Assembly: GCA_037441705.1 (NCBI GenBank)
Contig: JBBIRR010000001.1
Span: 64,001-128,000 of the forward strand
Length of the DNA stretch: 64,000 nucleotides
DNA from: Ignavibacteriales bacterium
GTDB taxonomy: Bacteria > Bacteroidota > Ignavibacteria > UBA10030 > UBA6906
Direction: 5' to 3'
In this document: in pieces, positions 1 to 7,828 of the stretch
Layout: every line of letters starts with the position of its first letter
Numbering within the stretch: position 1 is the first letter of the stretch
Program-made: the position numbers and the translations under genes
The notes under the pieces: model-generated
Told to the model about the DNA's origin: nothing
Database searches by the model: none
Seen by the model: only the letters and a program-made list of their open reading frames with translations

Positions 1-714
1 CCGTTGTGCGACGATCATGCTCACCATTTCTTCGACCACATCCACGTTGGACGCTTCGAGATAGCCCTGGTGAATCTCCCCGAACCCCTCGGAGCCTGCT
101 GCACCAACCAGCGGCGGACCGCTTGCGGGCGTTTCCACGAACAGATTGTTCCCGATGGCCTTGAGACCGGCAACGTTGACGAACTTTGCCAGTTCGATCT
201 GCGCAACCCGTATTGGCGCATCACCTGTTTTTTCGATCACTTCGATGACCCCTTCGCGGCTGATGGAGAGAGATTGCGCGTCGCCGCTAATGGAGACACC
301 GGGTTCGATAACGTATCCCTGCGACGTCACCAGCGTCCCGTCTCCCGAGAGCTTGAAGGCACCGTCACGGGTATAGGCAAGTGTTCCATCAGGCCGGCGC
401 ACCTGAAAGAAACCGTCTCCGTTGATGGCAAGATCAAACGGATTCGACGTTGCCTGCAGGTCGCCCTGCAGGAAGCTTTTCTGCGTGGCCGTCGGCGCGG
501 TTCCCGTTCCGATTTGAATCTCATTCGTTTCGCGCGTCGTGCCGGAGGCGGGCGCGCCACCGGCCTTCAGCGTCTGATACATGAGATCCTGAAACTCCGC
601 TCTCGATTTCTTGAAGCCCGTCGTGTTCACGTTGGCGAGGTTGTGCGCAATCGTGTCCACATTCAGTTGCTGTGCGGCCATGCCCGCCGCCGCTGTTCGT
701 AGTGCTCTGTTCAT
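1..714 (-). CDS. flgG: Flagellar distal rod protein FlgG (3' end runs off the window)
   Basis: Not in the ORF track. Manual translation from ATG 714 gives MNRALRTAAAGMAAQQLNVDTIAHNLANVNTTGFKKSRAEFQDLMYQ, the rod-protein N-terminal motif. It follows flgF and has a GGGAGG RBS. Confidence 0.93.
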   Translation of the reverse strand, partial: MNRALRTAAAGMAAQQLNVDTIAHNLANVNTTGFKKSRAEFQDLMYQTLKAGGAPASGTTRETNEIQIGTGTAPTATQKSFLQGDLQATSNPFDLAINGDGFFQVRRPDGTLAYTRDGAFKLSGDGTLVTSQGYVIEPGVSISGDAQSLSISREGVIEVIEKTGDAPIRVAQIELAKFVNVAGLKAIGNNLFVETPASGPPLVGAAGSEGFGEIHQGYLEASNVDVVEEMVSMIVAQR

Positions 715-729
715 GTGTGTCCCTCCCTT

Positions 730-1470
730 TTAAAACTTGCCTGCCTCGAGAATTTTATCCAGCGTTGCGTCCTGCGATGCAATGGCCTTCTGGTTCGACT
801 CGAAGTGTCGCGTTATTTCAATCATTTCAATCATCTCGGCGATGCCATCTACATTGGATTCCTCCAGAAAGCCCTGTCGCACCGTCGGCTCCTGCACTTC
901 TTTCAACCCCGGATCATCCTCCGGATCAATGCTGAACAACGATCCGCCCGCTTTCTTCAGCCGCTGAGGCTGCTCGAACTCCACAATCCGCAGCGTTCCG
1001 ATGACATTCTTCCCAACCGTAATCTCGCCGGTGGGTGTTACGGCAACTGCTTCGTGCGTTAGTTTCTGGAGATCGGGAAACTTGATGCTGCCTTCCGCTC
1101 CGATCACGGGATACCCCTCGCGGGTGGCCAGAGTGCCATCAAGCGTGATCGAGAAACTCCCATTGCGCGTGTAGCGAAGACCCTGCGGGGTTTGCACAAC
1201 AAAGAATCCGGAACCCTGCAGCGCAAGATCGAGCGGATTGTTGGTTTGGACTAACGCGCCTTCAGCAAAGTCGGTCACGCGTTGAACACGCACGCGCGAG
1301 GAAATCTCTCCGGCCCCCGATGCGACGCCCTGATCGTTCATCATCTGGATGAAGAGCGCATCCTTCTTGAACCCGTTCGTGTTGATATTGGCAAGATTGT
1401 TGGCAATCATTTCCATTCGCACCTGCATGGGCGGCATCCCGCTGCTGGAGCTATACAATCCCTTGATCAT
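730..1470 (-). CDS. flgF: Flagellar proximal rod protein FlgF
   Basis: ANNLANINTNGFK, TNNPLDLALQG, YTRNGSF and GFLEESNVD motifs; 246 aa; immediately upstream of flgG. Confidence 0.88.
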   Translation of the reverse strand: MIKGLYSSSSGMPPMQVRMEMIANNLANINTNGFKKDALFIQMMNDQGVASGAGEISSRVRVQRVTDFAEGALVQTNNPLDLALQGSGFFVVQTPQGLRYTRNGSFSITLDGTLATREGYPVIGAEGSIKFPDLQKLTHEAVAVTPTGEITVGKNVIGTLRIVEFEQPQRLKKAGGSLFSIDPEDDPGLKEVQEPTVRQGFLEESNVDGIAEMIEMIEITRHFESNQKAIASQDATLDKILEAGKF

Positions 1471-2144
1471 CGTGTCTCCTTTCGTTGTTGTGCCTGCATT
1501 GACTGCAGTATGTGCAGAAGCCTGAGTTCTCCGGTTCCCACGCCGAGGTTCTTCGCCGAAGCGGCGGTGCTTTCCCCGGCAAGCAGGGGATTGTCCTTAC
1601 GAATTCTCTGCTGCCACGGATACTCGGCGGCGCTCGTTTGCAGTTTTTGTGCAAGTGCCAGTTCTCCTTTTCCTCTCCCAAACGTTCGTGCAAGCGCCAG
1701 CCCGGTATCGAGGGGTTGCGATCGCTGGGCTGCATGCAGTGTACGCTGCGCTTTCTTTTCATGAATGATCAACTGCGCTTGCCGCAGCAGTGCATCCACC
1801 GGGTTCTCGCCTGGCGGCTTCGGCTGCACGGCCGGTGTCACGGGCGGTACGACAGAACTGCCCTTCGGACGCGGCTTGCGTACGACGATCCACAACACAG
1901 CAATTGCCCCGAGAAGAATAGCCATGAGGAATGCCATCGGAAGCAGCGGGTTGGCGGTTTCCGGCCGCATGCTCGGCTGGATTGGAACGGCGCGCTGAGC
2001 GTTCTTTGCCATCTCTATTTGTTGGCGAGCTAAGGCTCGCACATCCACCACCGGCCGCGTCGTGTCGTTCGATGCATGCAGCTGTTGCGCCGCGATATCA
2101 ATTCCCGTCAGCGCCAGGATAAGTAAGAGGACCGAGAGTCTCAT
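1467..2144 (-). CDS. Membrane-anchored hypothetical protein with two SwrB/DUF6115-like 'A+xLGxGxGELxL' motifs
   Basis: Signal-peptide-like N-terminus, one TM helix (LLPMAFLMAILLGAIAVLWIVV), then ARTFGRGKGELALA and AKNLGVGTGELRLL. 4-bp overlaps with both neighbours. Confidence 0.6.
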   Translation of the reverse strand: MRLSVLLLILALTGIDIAAQQLHASNDTTRPVVDVRALARQQIEMAKNAQRAVPIQPSMRPETANPLLPMAFLMAILLGAIAVLWIVVRKPRPKGSSVVPPVTPAVQPKPPGENPVDALLRQAQLIIHEKKAQRTLHAAQRSQPLDTGLALARTFGRGKGELALAQKLQTSAAEYPWQQRIRKDNPLLAGESTAASAKNLGVGTGELRLLHILQSMQAQQRKETR

Positions 2145-3523
2145 CGCAACAACCTCCTGCGCGTTGGAAGAAAGATGCTGAAAGTTGTGCCCTTCCCTTC
2201 TTCGCTTTCCACTTTGATTTCTCCTTTGTGCTCGCTGATGATCTTGCGGCAGATCGAAAGACCGAGTCCCGTTCCCTTTCCTTCCCCCTTCGTCGTGAAG
2301 AACGGCATAAAGATCTTGTCGAGATGGTCCTTGCGTATGCCCGTTCCGGTGTCGGAGAACTTCACCACCACATAGAAGCCCGATGATTCGGTCGCGATAG
2401 TGATGGTTCCGCCGTTGGGCATCGCGTCGCGGGCGTTGATCAGAAGATTCAGAAAGACCTGCTGCAGCGCCCCGGGGTTCGCTACCACAGGCGGCAAATT
2501 GTTCTGGAGTGCCAGCACAATGTCAATCTTGTTGATGCGGTACTCGTGCTGAATGATCGCCACCGTCTCTTCAATCGGCTGATCGACGTGGATCTCCTCC
2601 ATGCGCGGTTCCTCCGCTACATTGCGTGAGAAGTTCATCAGACGGCGGGTGATTTCCGAGAGACGTTTCACCTGCAGCGCCACCATTTCGATCCAGTTGG
2701 GCAGAGGCTTACCTCGCTGGACCATCTCCATATGCATCACCATCACCTGGATCGGATTCTTGATCTCATGAACAATGCTTGCCGCCAGCTCGCCGATTGC
2801 GGCAAGCTTTGTGGCATGCATGGTTTGCGCCTGCGACGATTTCAGTTCCTTGTTCAGCGCCACGACTCGTTCGTAGCTCCGCCAGTTCTCGACGCCGATG
2901 GCCGCCTGGTTGGCCAGAACGGTCAGCAGCTGGATGTCATGATTGGCGATATCTTCGTGGGACTTCGAGGAGCGGATCATGTACATGCCGATGGCTTCGT
3001 TGCGAATGATCAGCGGAACGATGACGATGATGGCCTTCGTGCCGTCCCTGCCCATGGACTCAAGGTCCGGGAAGATCACCGTGCGCTGCTCGGCAATGAC
3101 CCAGTCGACGATGCCCGCTTCAACATGTTTCTGGGCTTCCGCGAGGAATGCCGGGGAACCTTTCTGCGACAGCGGGACGAGCCTGCGCGCTTCACCTTCG
3201 AAGAGGAACACGTTCGATTCGATGACGGGCAGGACCTGCCTGGTCAGATGAATCAGTGTGCCGACGATCGTCTCGGGTTCTCGCGCCGTGCTGATACTGT
3301 TGGACAGTTGCTGCATTGCCATCAGCTCGCTGATCGAGTCCCGAATGGCACGGGTATTTTCTGTCGCCTGCAGGTTCGTCCGCTTCAGCACCGCGATGGT
3401 TTCCTCCAGCGCCTTGATGTATTGCTCGCGGCTTTCCATAAACGACTCGAACTGCGGCGCCATCGCATCCAGCAGCTGCATGCGATTCAATCGGATCCGT
3501 GTTTGTTGACCTGCAGAGCGCAT
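2141..3523 (-). CDS. Soluble GAF-domain sensor histidine kinase
   Basis: H-box SIVHEIKNP, N-box QVFLNLLINARDA, DTGTG, FFTTKGEGKGTGLGL, preceded by a GAF-like region. Start moved to ATG 3523 (AAGGAA RBS) because the longer ORF overlaps the HDOD gene. Confidence 0.9.
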   Translation of the reverse strand: MRSAGQQTRIRLNRMQLLDAMAPQFESFMESREQYIKALEETIAVLKRTNLQATENTRAIRDSISELMAMQQLSNSISTAREPETIVGTLIHLTRQVLPVIESNVFLFEGEARRLVPLSQKGSPAFLAEAQKHVEAGIVDWVIAEQRTVIFPDLESMGRDGTKAIIVIVPLIIRNEAIGMYMIRSSKSHEDIANHDIQLLTVLANQAAIGVENWRSYERVVALNKELKSSQAQTMHATKLAAIGELAASIVHEIKNPIQVMVMHMEMVQRGKPLPNWIEMVALQVKRLSEITRRLMNFSRNVAEEPRMEEIHVDQPIEETVAIIQHEYRINKIDIVLALQNNLPPVVANPGALQQVFLNLLINARDAMPNGGTITIATESSGFYVVVKFSDTGTGIRKDHLDKIFMPFFTTKGEGKGTGLGLSICRKIISEHKGEIKVESEEGKGTTFSIFLPTRRRLLR

Positions 3524-3527
3524 GACG

Positions 3528-4403
3528 CTATTCCTTTGTTGCGCTGAAGATGGAATCAATCTGCCGGAGATCGGACTCGATGATCGAGCGATAGGTGGTG
3601 ATGTACTGCTCGAGCACGAGGGGATCTTCCAGACCGAGCCGCACCAACACATCATGCTGGAAGTCCAACCCTTGATCGAAGGGCACCACACGGGTGTGGA
3701 GCCGATTGGCCAGCACATCGGCGCAGTGGATAATGCTGACAAGGTCGGGATTCTCCTTCGCCGAGAGCGGCGTGTGATGGGCCGCTATTGCCTCCACAAG
3801 CTGGTTGGGGAAATTCCACCGCTCTGCCAGCCATCCGCCGATCTCGGCGTGCGTCACGCCTAAGACGCGCTGTTCTGCTTCGAGAAACGGCACGCCCGAT
3901 TCTTCCACTTCTTCAACAATCTGCTCATACTCATCGTGAAAATGCTGGTGCAGCACCGAGATACCCATATCATGCAGCAATCCGCCCACGAACACTTCGC
4001 CGCTGACCCGATACCCGAGATCACGCGCCAGGCGGCGCGCAATGACAGCACTGAAGATGGCATGATCCCAGAAGCCGCGCGTATCGAACGAGGCATCGTG
4101 CTTCTTGTGCAGCGCGCTCACCAGCGAAATGCTGATGATGATCTCCTTCAACGCGTCGAAGCCAAGAACGATGATGGCGAAATCCACGGTCGAGATCTGG
4201 CGTGGGAACCCGTAAAAGGCCGAGTTGGCGATCTTCAACACCTTGCTCGTCAAGCCCTGATCGGTCTCAATGACCTTCCCCAGGCGCGACGCCGACGTGC
4301 GCGGGTTATCCACCAGCTCGATAACTTCCTGCGCCACCGCGGGAAGCGCAGGCAGATGTATGATACTCTGAACCTTGTCCCGTATGAATCTCGGCGAGAG
4401 CAT
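3528..4403 (-). CDS. HDOD-domain signal transduction protein (stand-alone)
   Basis: LPALP, DQGLTSKVLKIANSAFYG, FWDHA, GLLHDMG, HAEIGGWLAERWNFP and AHH motifs. Confidence 0.92.
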   Translation of the reverse strand: MLSPRFIRDKVQSIIHLPALPAVAQEVIELVDNPRTSASRLGKVIETDQGLTSKVLKIANSAFYGFPRQISTVDFAIIVLGFDALKEIIISISLVSALHKKHDASFDTRGFWDHAIFSAVIARRLARDLGYRVSGEVFVGGLLHDMGISVLHQHFHDEYEQIVEEVEESGVPFLEAEQRVLGVTHAEIGGWLAERWNFPNQLVEAIAAHHTPLSAKENPDLVSIIHCADVLANRLHTRVVPFDQGLDFQHDVLVRLGLEDPLVLEQYITTYRSIIESDLRQIDSIFSATKE

Positions 4404-4691
4404 TCAATCCTCAAACCTGAAGAGATGAATCTTTGATTGCAATTTGTTCAAAGCCTCCGTGTGTAACACCATAGCGTCCCACTCGCTGATTCCCATCAGG
4501 AATCCGATTTCGGCAAAGGACAGTCCCTCATAGTAGTGCAGCGCGAGAAGCAGCTTTTCATTCTCCGGCAGGTTTTCCACCTGATCGAAGAGGCTTGCTT
4601 TCGGCTCGATGTATTCCTTCCACACTTCCTCCGGCATCAACAAGATCGGGTTGACATGCCTGTCGTTGCCCTGCAGATGTCTCATGGCCAT
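4404..4691 (-). CDS. Stand-alone sigma70-family region-4 protein (FliA sigma4-like, 95 aa)
   Basis: LPENEKLLLALHYYEGLSFAEIGFLMGISE aligns with the adjacent FliA C-terminus LPPQDRLVISLYYYEELTFKEIANIMHLSE. No region 2. AGAGGG RBS best spaced to ATG 4685. Confidence 0.8.
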   Translation of the reverse strand: MAMRHLQGNDRHVNPILLMPEEVWKEYIEPKASLFDQVENLPENEKLLLALHYYEGLSFAEIGFLMGISEWDAMVLHTEALNKLQSKIHLFRFED

Positions 4692-4740
4692 CCCTCTGTT
4701 GACAAATGCATGAAGCGTTCGGAACCTGCTCGCACACCCT

Positions 4741-5505
4741 CTACACCAATTCGCTTACCGTCTCACGCAATCGCTCGAGAATCGCCGCGTGCCGCTGAAA
4801 CACGCGTGACTCCGAGAGATGCATGATGTTGGCGATTTCCTTGAACGTCAATTCCTCATAGTAATACAGCGAAATCACAAGCCTGTCCTGCGGAGGCAGG
4901 CTTTCGATAATCCTCACCAACATTTCCTTCATCTGTTCGTCGGCAACGCGCTGCGCCGGGTCGGTATCCTCGTCTGCGGCGATGCTGTCAAGCACATCCT
5001 CGCCATGATCGCTTGACCCGATCACCTCCGGCACGCCGAGCTGGACGTCCTGCATCATGGTCATGTACTCGTCGAGCGACATGGCAAGAGCGCGCGCGAG
5101 CTTTTTGGCCGACGCGCTCAGAAGCTCGCCGCATTCGATCTTCTGCGTGGCACGATCAAGCGTCCGCATCTTCTCTCGAACCGAGCGGGGGACCCAATCG
5201 AGCTTGCGCAGCTCGTCCTGCACCGTTCCGCGGATGCGCGTGATGGCGTAGGTTTCGAACTTGACGCCGCGAGCAGGATCAAACCGGTCGATGGAATCCA
5301 ACAGCCCGATCATGCCAAGCTGGAGAAGATCGTTCTCGTCGATGATGGACGGCGCCTGACGCGCATTGCTGCGAAACTTGCTCACCACAAACCGCACCAG
5401 TCCGATGTACTCGTTCACCAACGCGCGCCGCGCGTCGGCGGATTTCGTTTGCAGGTAGTTCCGCCACAGGGTCTCGTGTGTGCGATCTGGAGATGCTGTC
5501 TGCAT
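4741..5505 (-). CDS. fliA: RNA polymerase sigma28 factor FliA/WhiG
   Basis: DLLQLGMIGLLDSIDRFDP, FETYAITRIRG, DELRKLDWVPRSVR and a region-4 HTH; lies after flhFG. Confidence 0.95.
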   Translation of the reverse strand: MQTASPDRTHETLWRNYLQTKSADARRALVNEYIGLVRFVVSKFRSNARQAPSIIDENDLLQLGMIGLLDSIDRFDPARGVKFETYAITRIRGTVQDELRKLDWVPRSVREKMRTLDRATQKIECGELLSASAKKLARALAMSLDEYMTMMQDVQLGVPEVIGSSDHGEDVLDSIAADEDTDPAQRVADEQMKEMLVRIIESLPPQDRLVISLYYYEELTFKEIANIMHLSESRVFQRHAAILERLRETVSELV

Positions 5506-5518
5506 GATCTTCCGTTGC

Positions 5519-5764
5519 CTATTGATGTCGTTGCGCGGCAGCTGATGCCTGGGCTTCGTCGCGCTCCTGCATCAGTTGTCGCCGCCTGTTGCTTTCGAGC
5601 ATCGTTCCCCCGATCATCACCACCATAACGATGGCCAGCACGATGCCGACAAACACCAGGAAAGCACTGCTGATGATGTCCAGCAAACCGGCGTTGCCTG
5701 TTCCGAACACGACCGCCGAAACGCAGAACCCCAAAATGCCGAGTTGATAGATCAACTTATTCAT
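5519..5764 (-). CDS. Small two-TM membrane protein (81 aa), unknown function
   Basis: ATG 5764 overlaps the flhG stop (ATGA). Two hydrophobic segments, then a charged tail. Fills the flhG-fliA gap. Confidence 0.65.
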   Translation of the reverse strand: MNKLIYQLGILGFCVSAVVFGTGNAGLLDIISSAFLVFVGIVLAIVMVVMIGGTMLESNRRRQLMQERDEAQASAAAQRHQ

Positions 5765-6600
5765 GCCGTTGCGAATCTCCTTCTCTGCGTGTGCTTGCTT
5801 TGATCGAGAAGCGTTTCGGCGAGAGCGGCAAGCGCGCGCGACGCGCTGCACAACGGGAATTCATTCACCACCGGGCTTTGGCGCGCGACAGCCTTCTCCA
5901 CATGCAGGTCATGCGGAACATATCCGAGAAAGTGAACATGCCGTTGCAGAAAATGCCGCACGGCCATCTGGAGTTTGCGAGCCGTCTCCTCTGCCTCCCC
6001 GGGCGTGCGTGCCTCGTTGACCAGGAGTTTCACGGGCACCATCGGATCGGCGGCCGTAATGAGTTTGATCATGGCATAAGCATCCATGACCGACGTCGGT
6101 TCGGGCGTCGTCACCACAAGCGCCTCGTGTGAACGCACGGCAAATCCGATTTCGATGCTGCCGATGCCGGCAGCCGTGTCGATCACGACGTACTCGAATT
6201 GTTGCTCAAGATCGGAGAGCGAATGCAACAAGTCTTTTTGCTGTTCGATGGTCATAGGACGAACGTCCGGATTGCCGGAGTCGGCAGGAAGCAGAAAGAG
6301 TCGGTGCGTTAACGGAACGATCACCTCGCTGATATCCTTCTCTCCCGCCAGAACGTTGCCGAGCCGAAACTTGGGTGCCGCACCAACCATTACATCCACA
6401 TTGCCGAGGTTCTGGTCGGCATCGAGCAGGAGCGTATTGCTGCCGCGCGCGGCAAGCAGCACGGCAAGGTTCAGCGCGACGATGCTTTTGCCAACCCCGC
6501 CTTTACCGCTCACGACGGCGATCATGTGCGGACGCGAACGTGCGGGCTGTGTCCCGAATCGATCGGCTATTTCCCGCAAGCGAGAGGCTTGATCAAGCAT
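5761..6600 (-). CDS. flhG: MinD-like flagellar number regulator FlhG/FleN
   Basis: N-terminal DQAxxLR motif, Walker A SGKGGVGKS, DTAAGI, TPEPTSVMDAYA; follows flhF. Confidence 0.95.
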   Translation of the reverse strand: MLDQASRLREIADRFGTQPARSRPHMIAVVSGKGGVGKSIVALNLAVLLAARGSNTLLLDADQNLGNVDVMVGAAPKFRLGNVLAGEKDISEVIVPLTHRLFLLPADSGNPDVRPMTIEQQKDLLHSLSDLEQQFEYVVIDTAAGIGSIEIGFAVRSHEALVVTTPEPTSVMDAYAMIKLITAADPMVPVKLLVNEARTPGEAEETARKLQMAVRHFLQRHVHFLGYVPHDLHVEKAVARQSPVVNEFPLCSASRALAALAETLLDQSKHTQRRRFATA

Positions 6601-7828
6601 TCGTCATCCCTCCTGTAAACACCATGCCGGCAAGCTGCATATTGTTTGCCAAGACTATATCTTCGGGAACATTCTGTCCCATCGTCAGGTAGGAGATTGG
6701 TAACCCCGACTGGTGCACAACATTCACCAGGTGTCCATAAACAACCGCCTCGTCGAGCTTCGAGAAGATGATTCGATTGGGACCTGCGGCTCTGAAGTTC
6801 TCTACCGTTTCGTTGATGACACGATGGTCGGCGGAAGCACTTATGACGAGATGCACCTCCGCAGGGTTTGCCGCACTGACGAGGTCGGCAATCTCCTTCA
6901 CATCCTTCGCCACGCGCTGACTCCGCCCGACGGTATCAATGAACACGACATCGCGCTCGCCTAACCGGGCAAGCGCCGTTCGCATCTCGGAGGGTTCGTA
7001 GACGACCTGCATGGGGATGTTGGCGATGGCAGCAAACGTACGCAACTGTTCAATGGCCCCGATGCGATACGTGTCCGCAGAGATCAATCCGACATTCTTC
7101 CCCTTCATCAGCTTTTGAATCGCTGCAAGCTTGGCGATGGTTGTCGTCTTGCCGACGCCGGTCGGTCCGATGAGCGCCACGACCTTCGGTTTGTGCGCCG
7201 TCTCCGATTCGGGAGCGGTTGCAACCACCGAGGCAATCTCCTTCACCACCGATTGTTCGACGAGATGCTTGTTCTCGAGCAAATCCTCTCCCAGACGCCT
7301 GTACACCTTCTGCGTCAGCTCGGCGGCAAGCTGTTCGTCAACGCCGTGCGCAACGAGCGTAACATACGCGTTCTTGAGATGCTCAGGCAATGCCGGCATG
7401 CGTGCATGCTTCAGGTGGACGGCAACCTCCTGCATCATCGAGCGCAGGCTCTCCACCTCATCACGCAGTTCACGATATGGCGCCGTGTTCAACACCGAGG
7501 TTGTTTCGGTGCCGAGCTTTTTCGCCGCGCGCTCTTCAAAATGCCGCGCCATGTGCTGGAGACTTTCAAGCGTACTCTCTGCGGCGGCGACTGCCGTCGA
7601 ACGCTTTGCGTCAGCCAGGGCTCCCTCAAACGCCGGCGAGGATCGTGCAGGCAAGACCTGATCGTCAATCGCCGCCGTGATTTCGAACTCTTCTTTTCCC
7701 AGAAAGTTCAACACACCACCGCGCGCAACTTTGCGTGTGCTGAGAATGATCGCATCGGCACCCAGTTCGCTTTTCATCATGTCCGTTGCCTCTTTCAGCG
7801 TTGCGCCGGTGAACTTCTTAATGCGCAT
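6593..7828 (-). CDS. flhF: SRP-family GTPase FlhF
   Basis: GPTGVGKTTTIAKLAA, DTYRIGAIEQL, DTVGRS, SKLDE, GQNVPEDI. Confidence 0.96.
   Translation of the reverse strand: MRIKKFTGATLKEATDMMKSELGADAIILSTRKVARGGVLNFLGKEEFEITAAIDDQVLPARSSPAFEGALADAKRSTAVAAAESTLESLQHMARHFEERAAKKLGTETTSVLNTAPYRELRDEVESLRSMMQEVAVHLKHARMPALPEHLKNAYVTLVAHGVDEQLAAELTQKVYRRLGEDLLENKHLVEQSVVKEIASVVATAPESETAHKPKVVALIGPTGVGKTTTIAKLAAIQKLMKGKNVGLISADTYRIGAIEQLRTFAAIANIPMQVVYEPSEMRTALARLGERDVVFIDTVGRSQRVAKDVKEIADLVSAANPAEVHLVISASADHRVINETVENFRAAGPNRIIFSKLDEAVVYGHLVNVVHQSGLPISYLTMGQNVPEDIVLANNMQLAGMVFTGGMTNA

Noticed and set aside
3524-3742. Upstream extensions in the ORF track (this kinase; also flgB, fliL, fliD, second HDOD, GT genes, TonB receptor, MOSC)
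   Set aside because: They overlap neighbouring genes or promoters, and downstream starts have better RBS or coupling.
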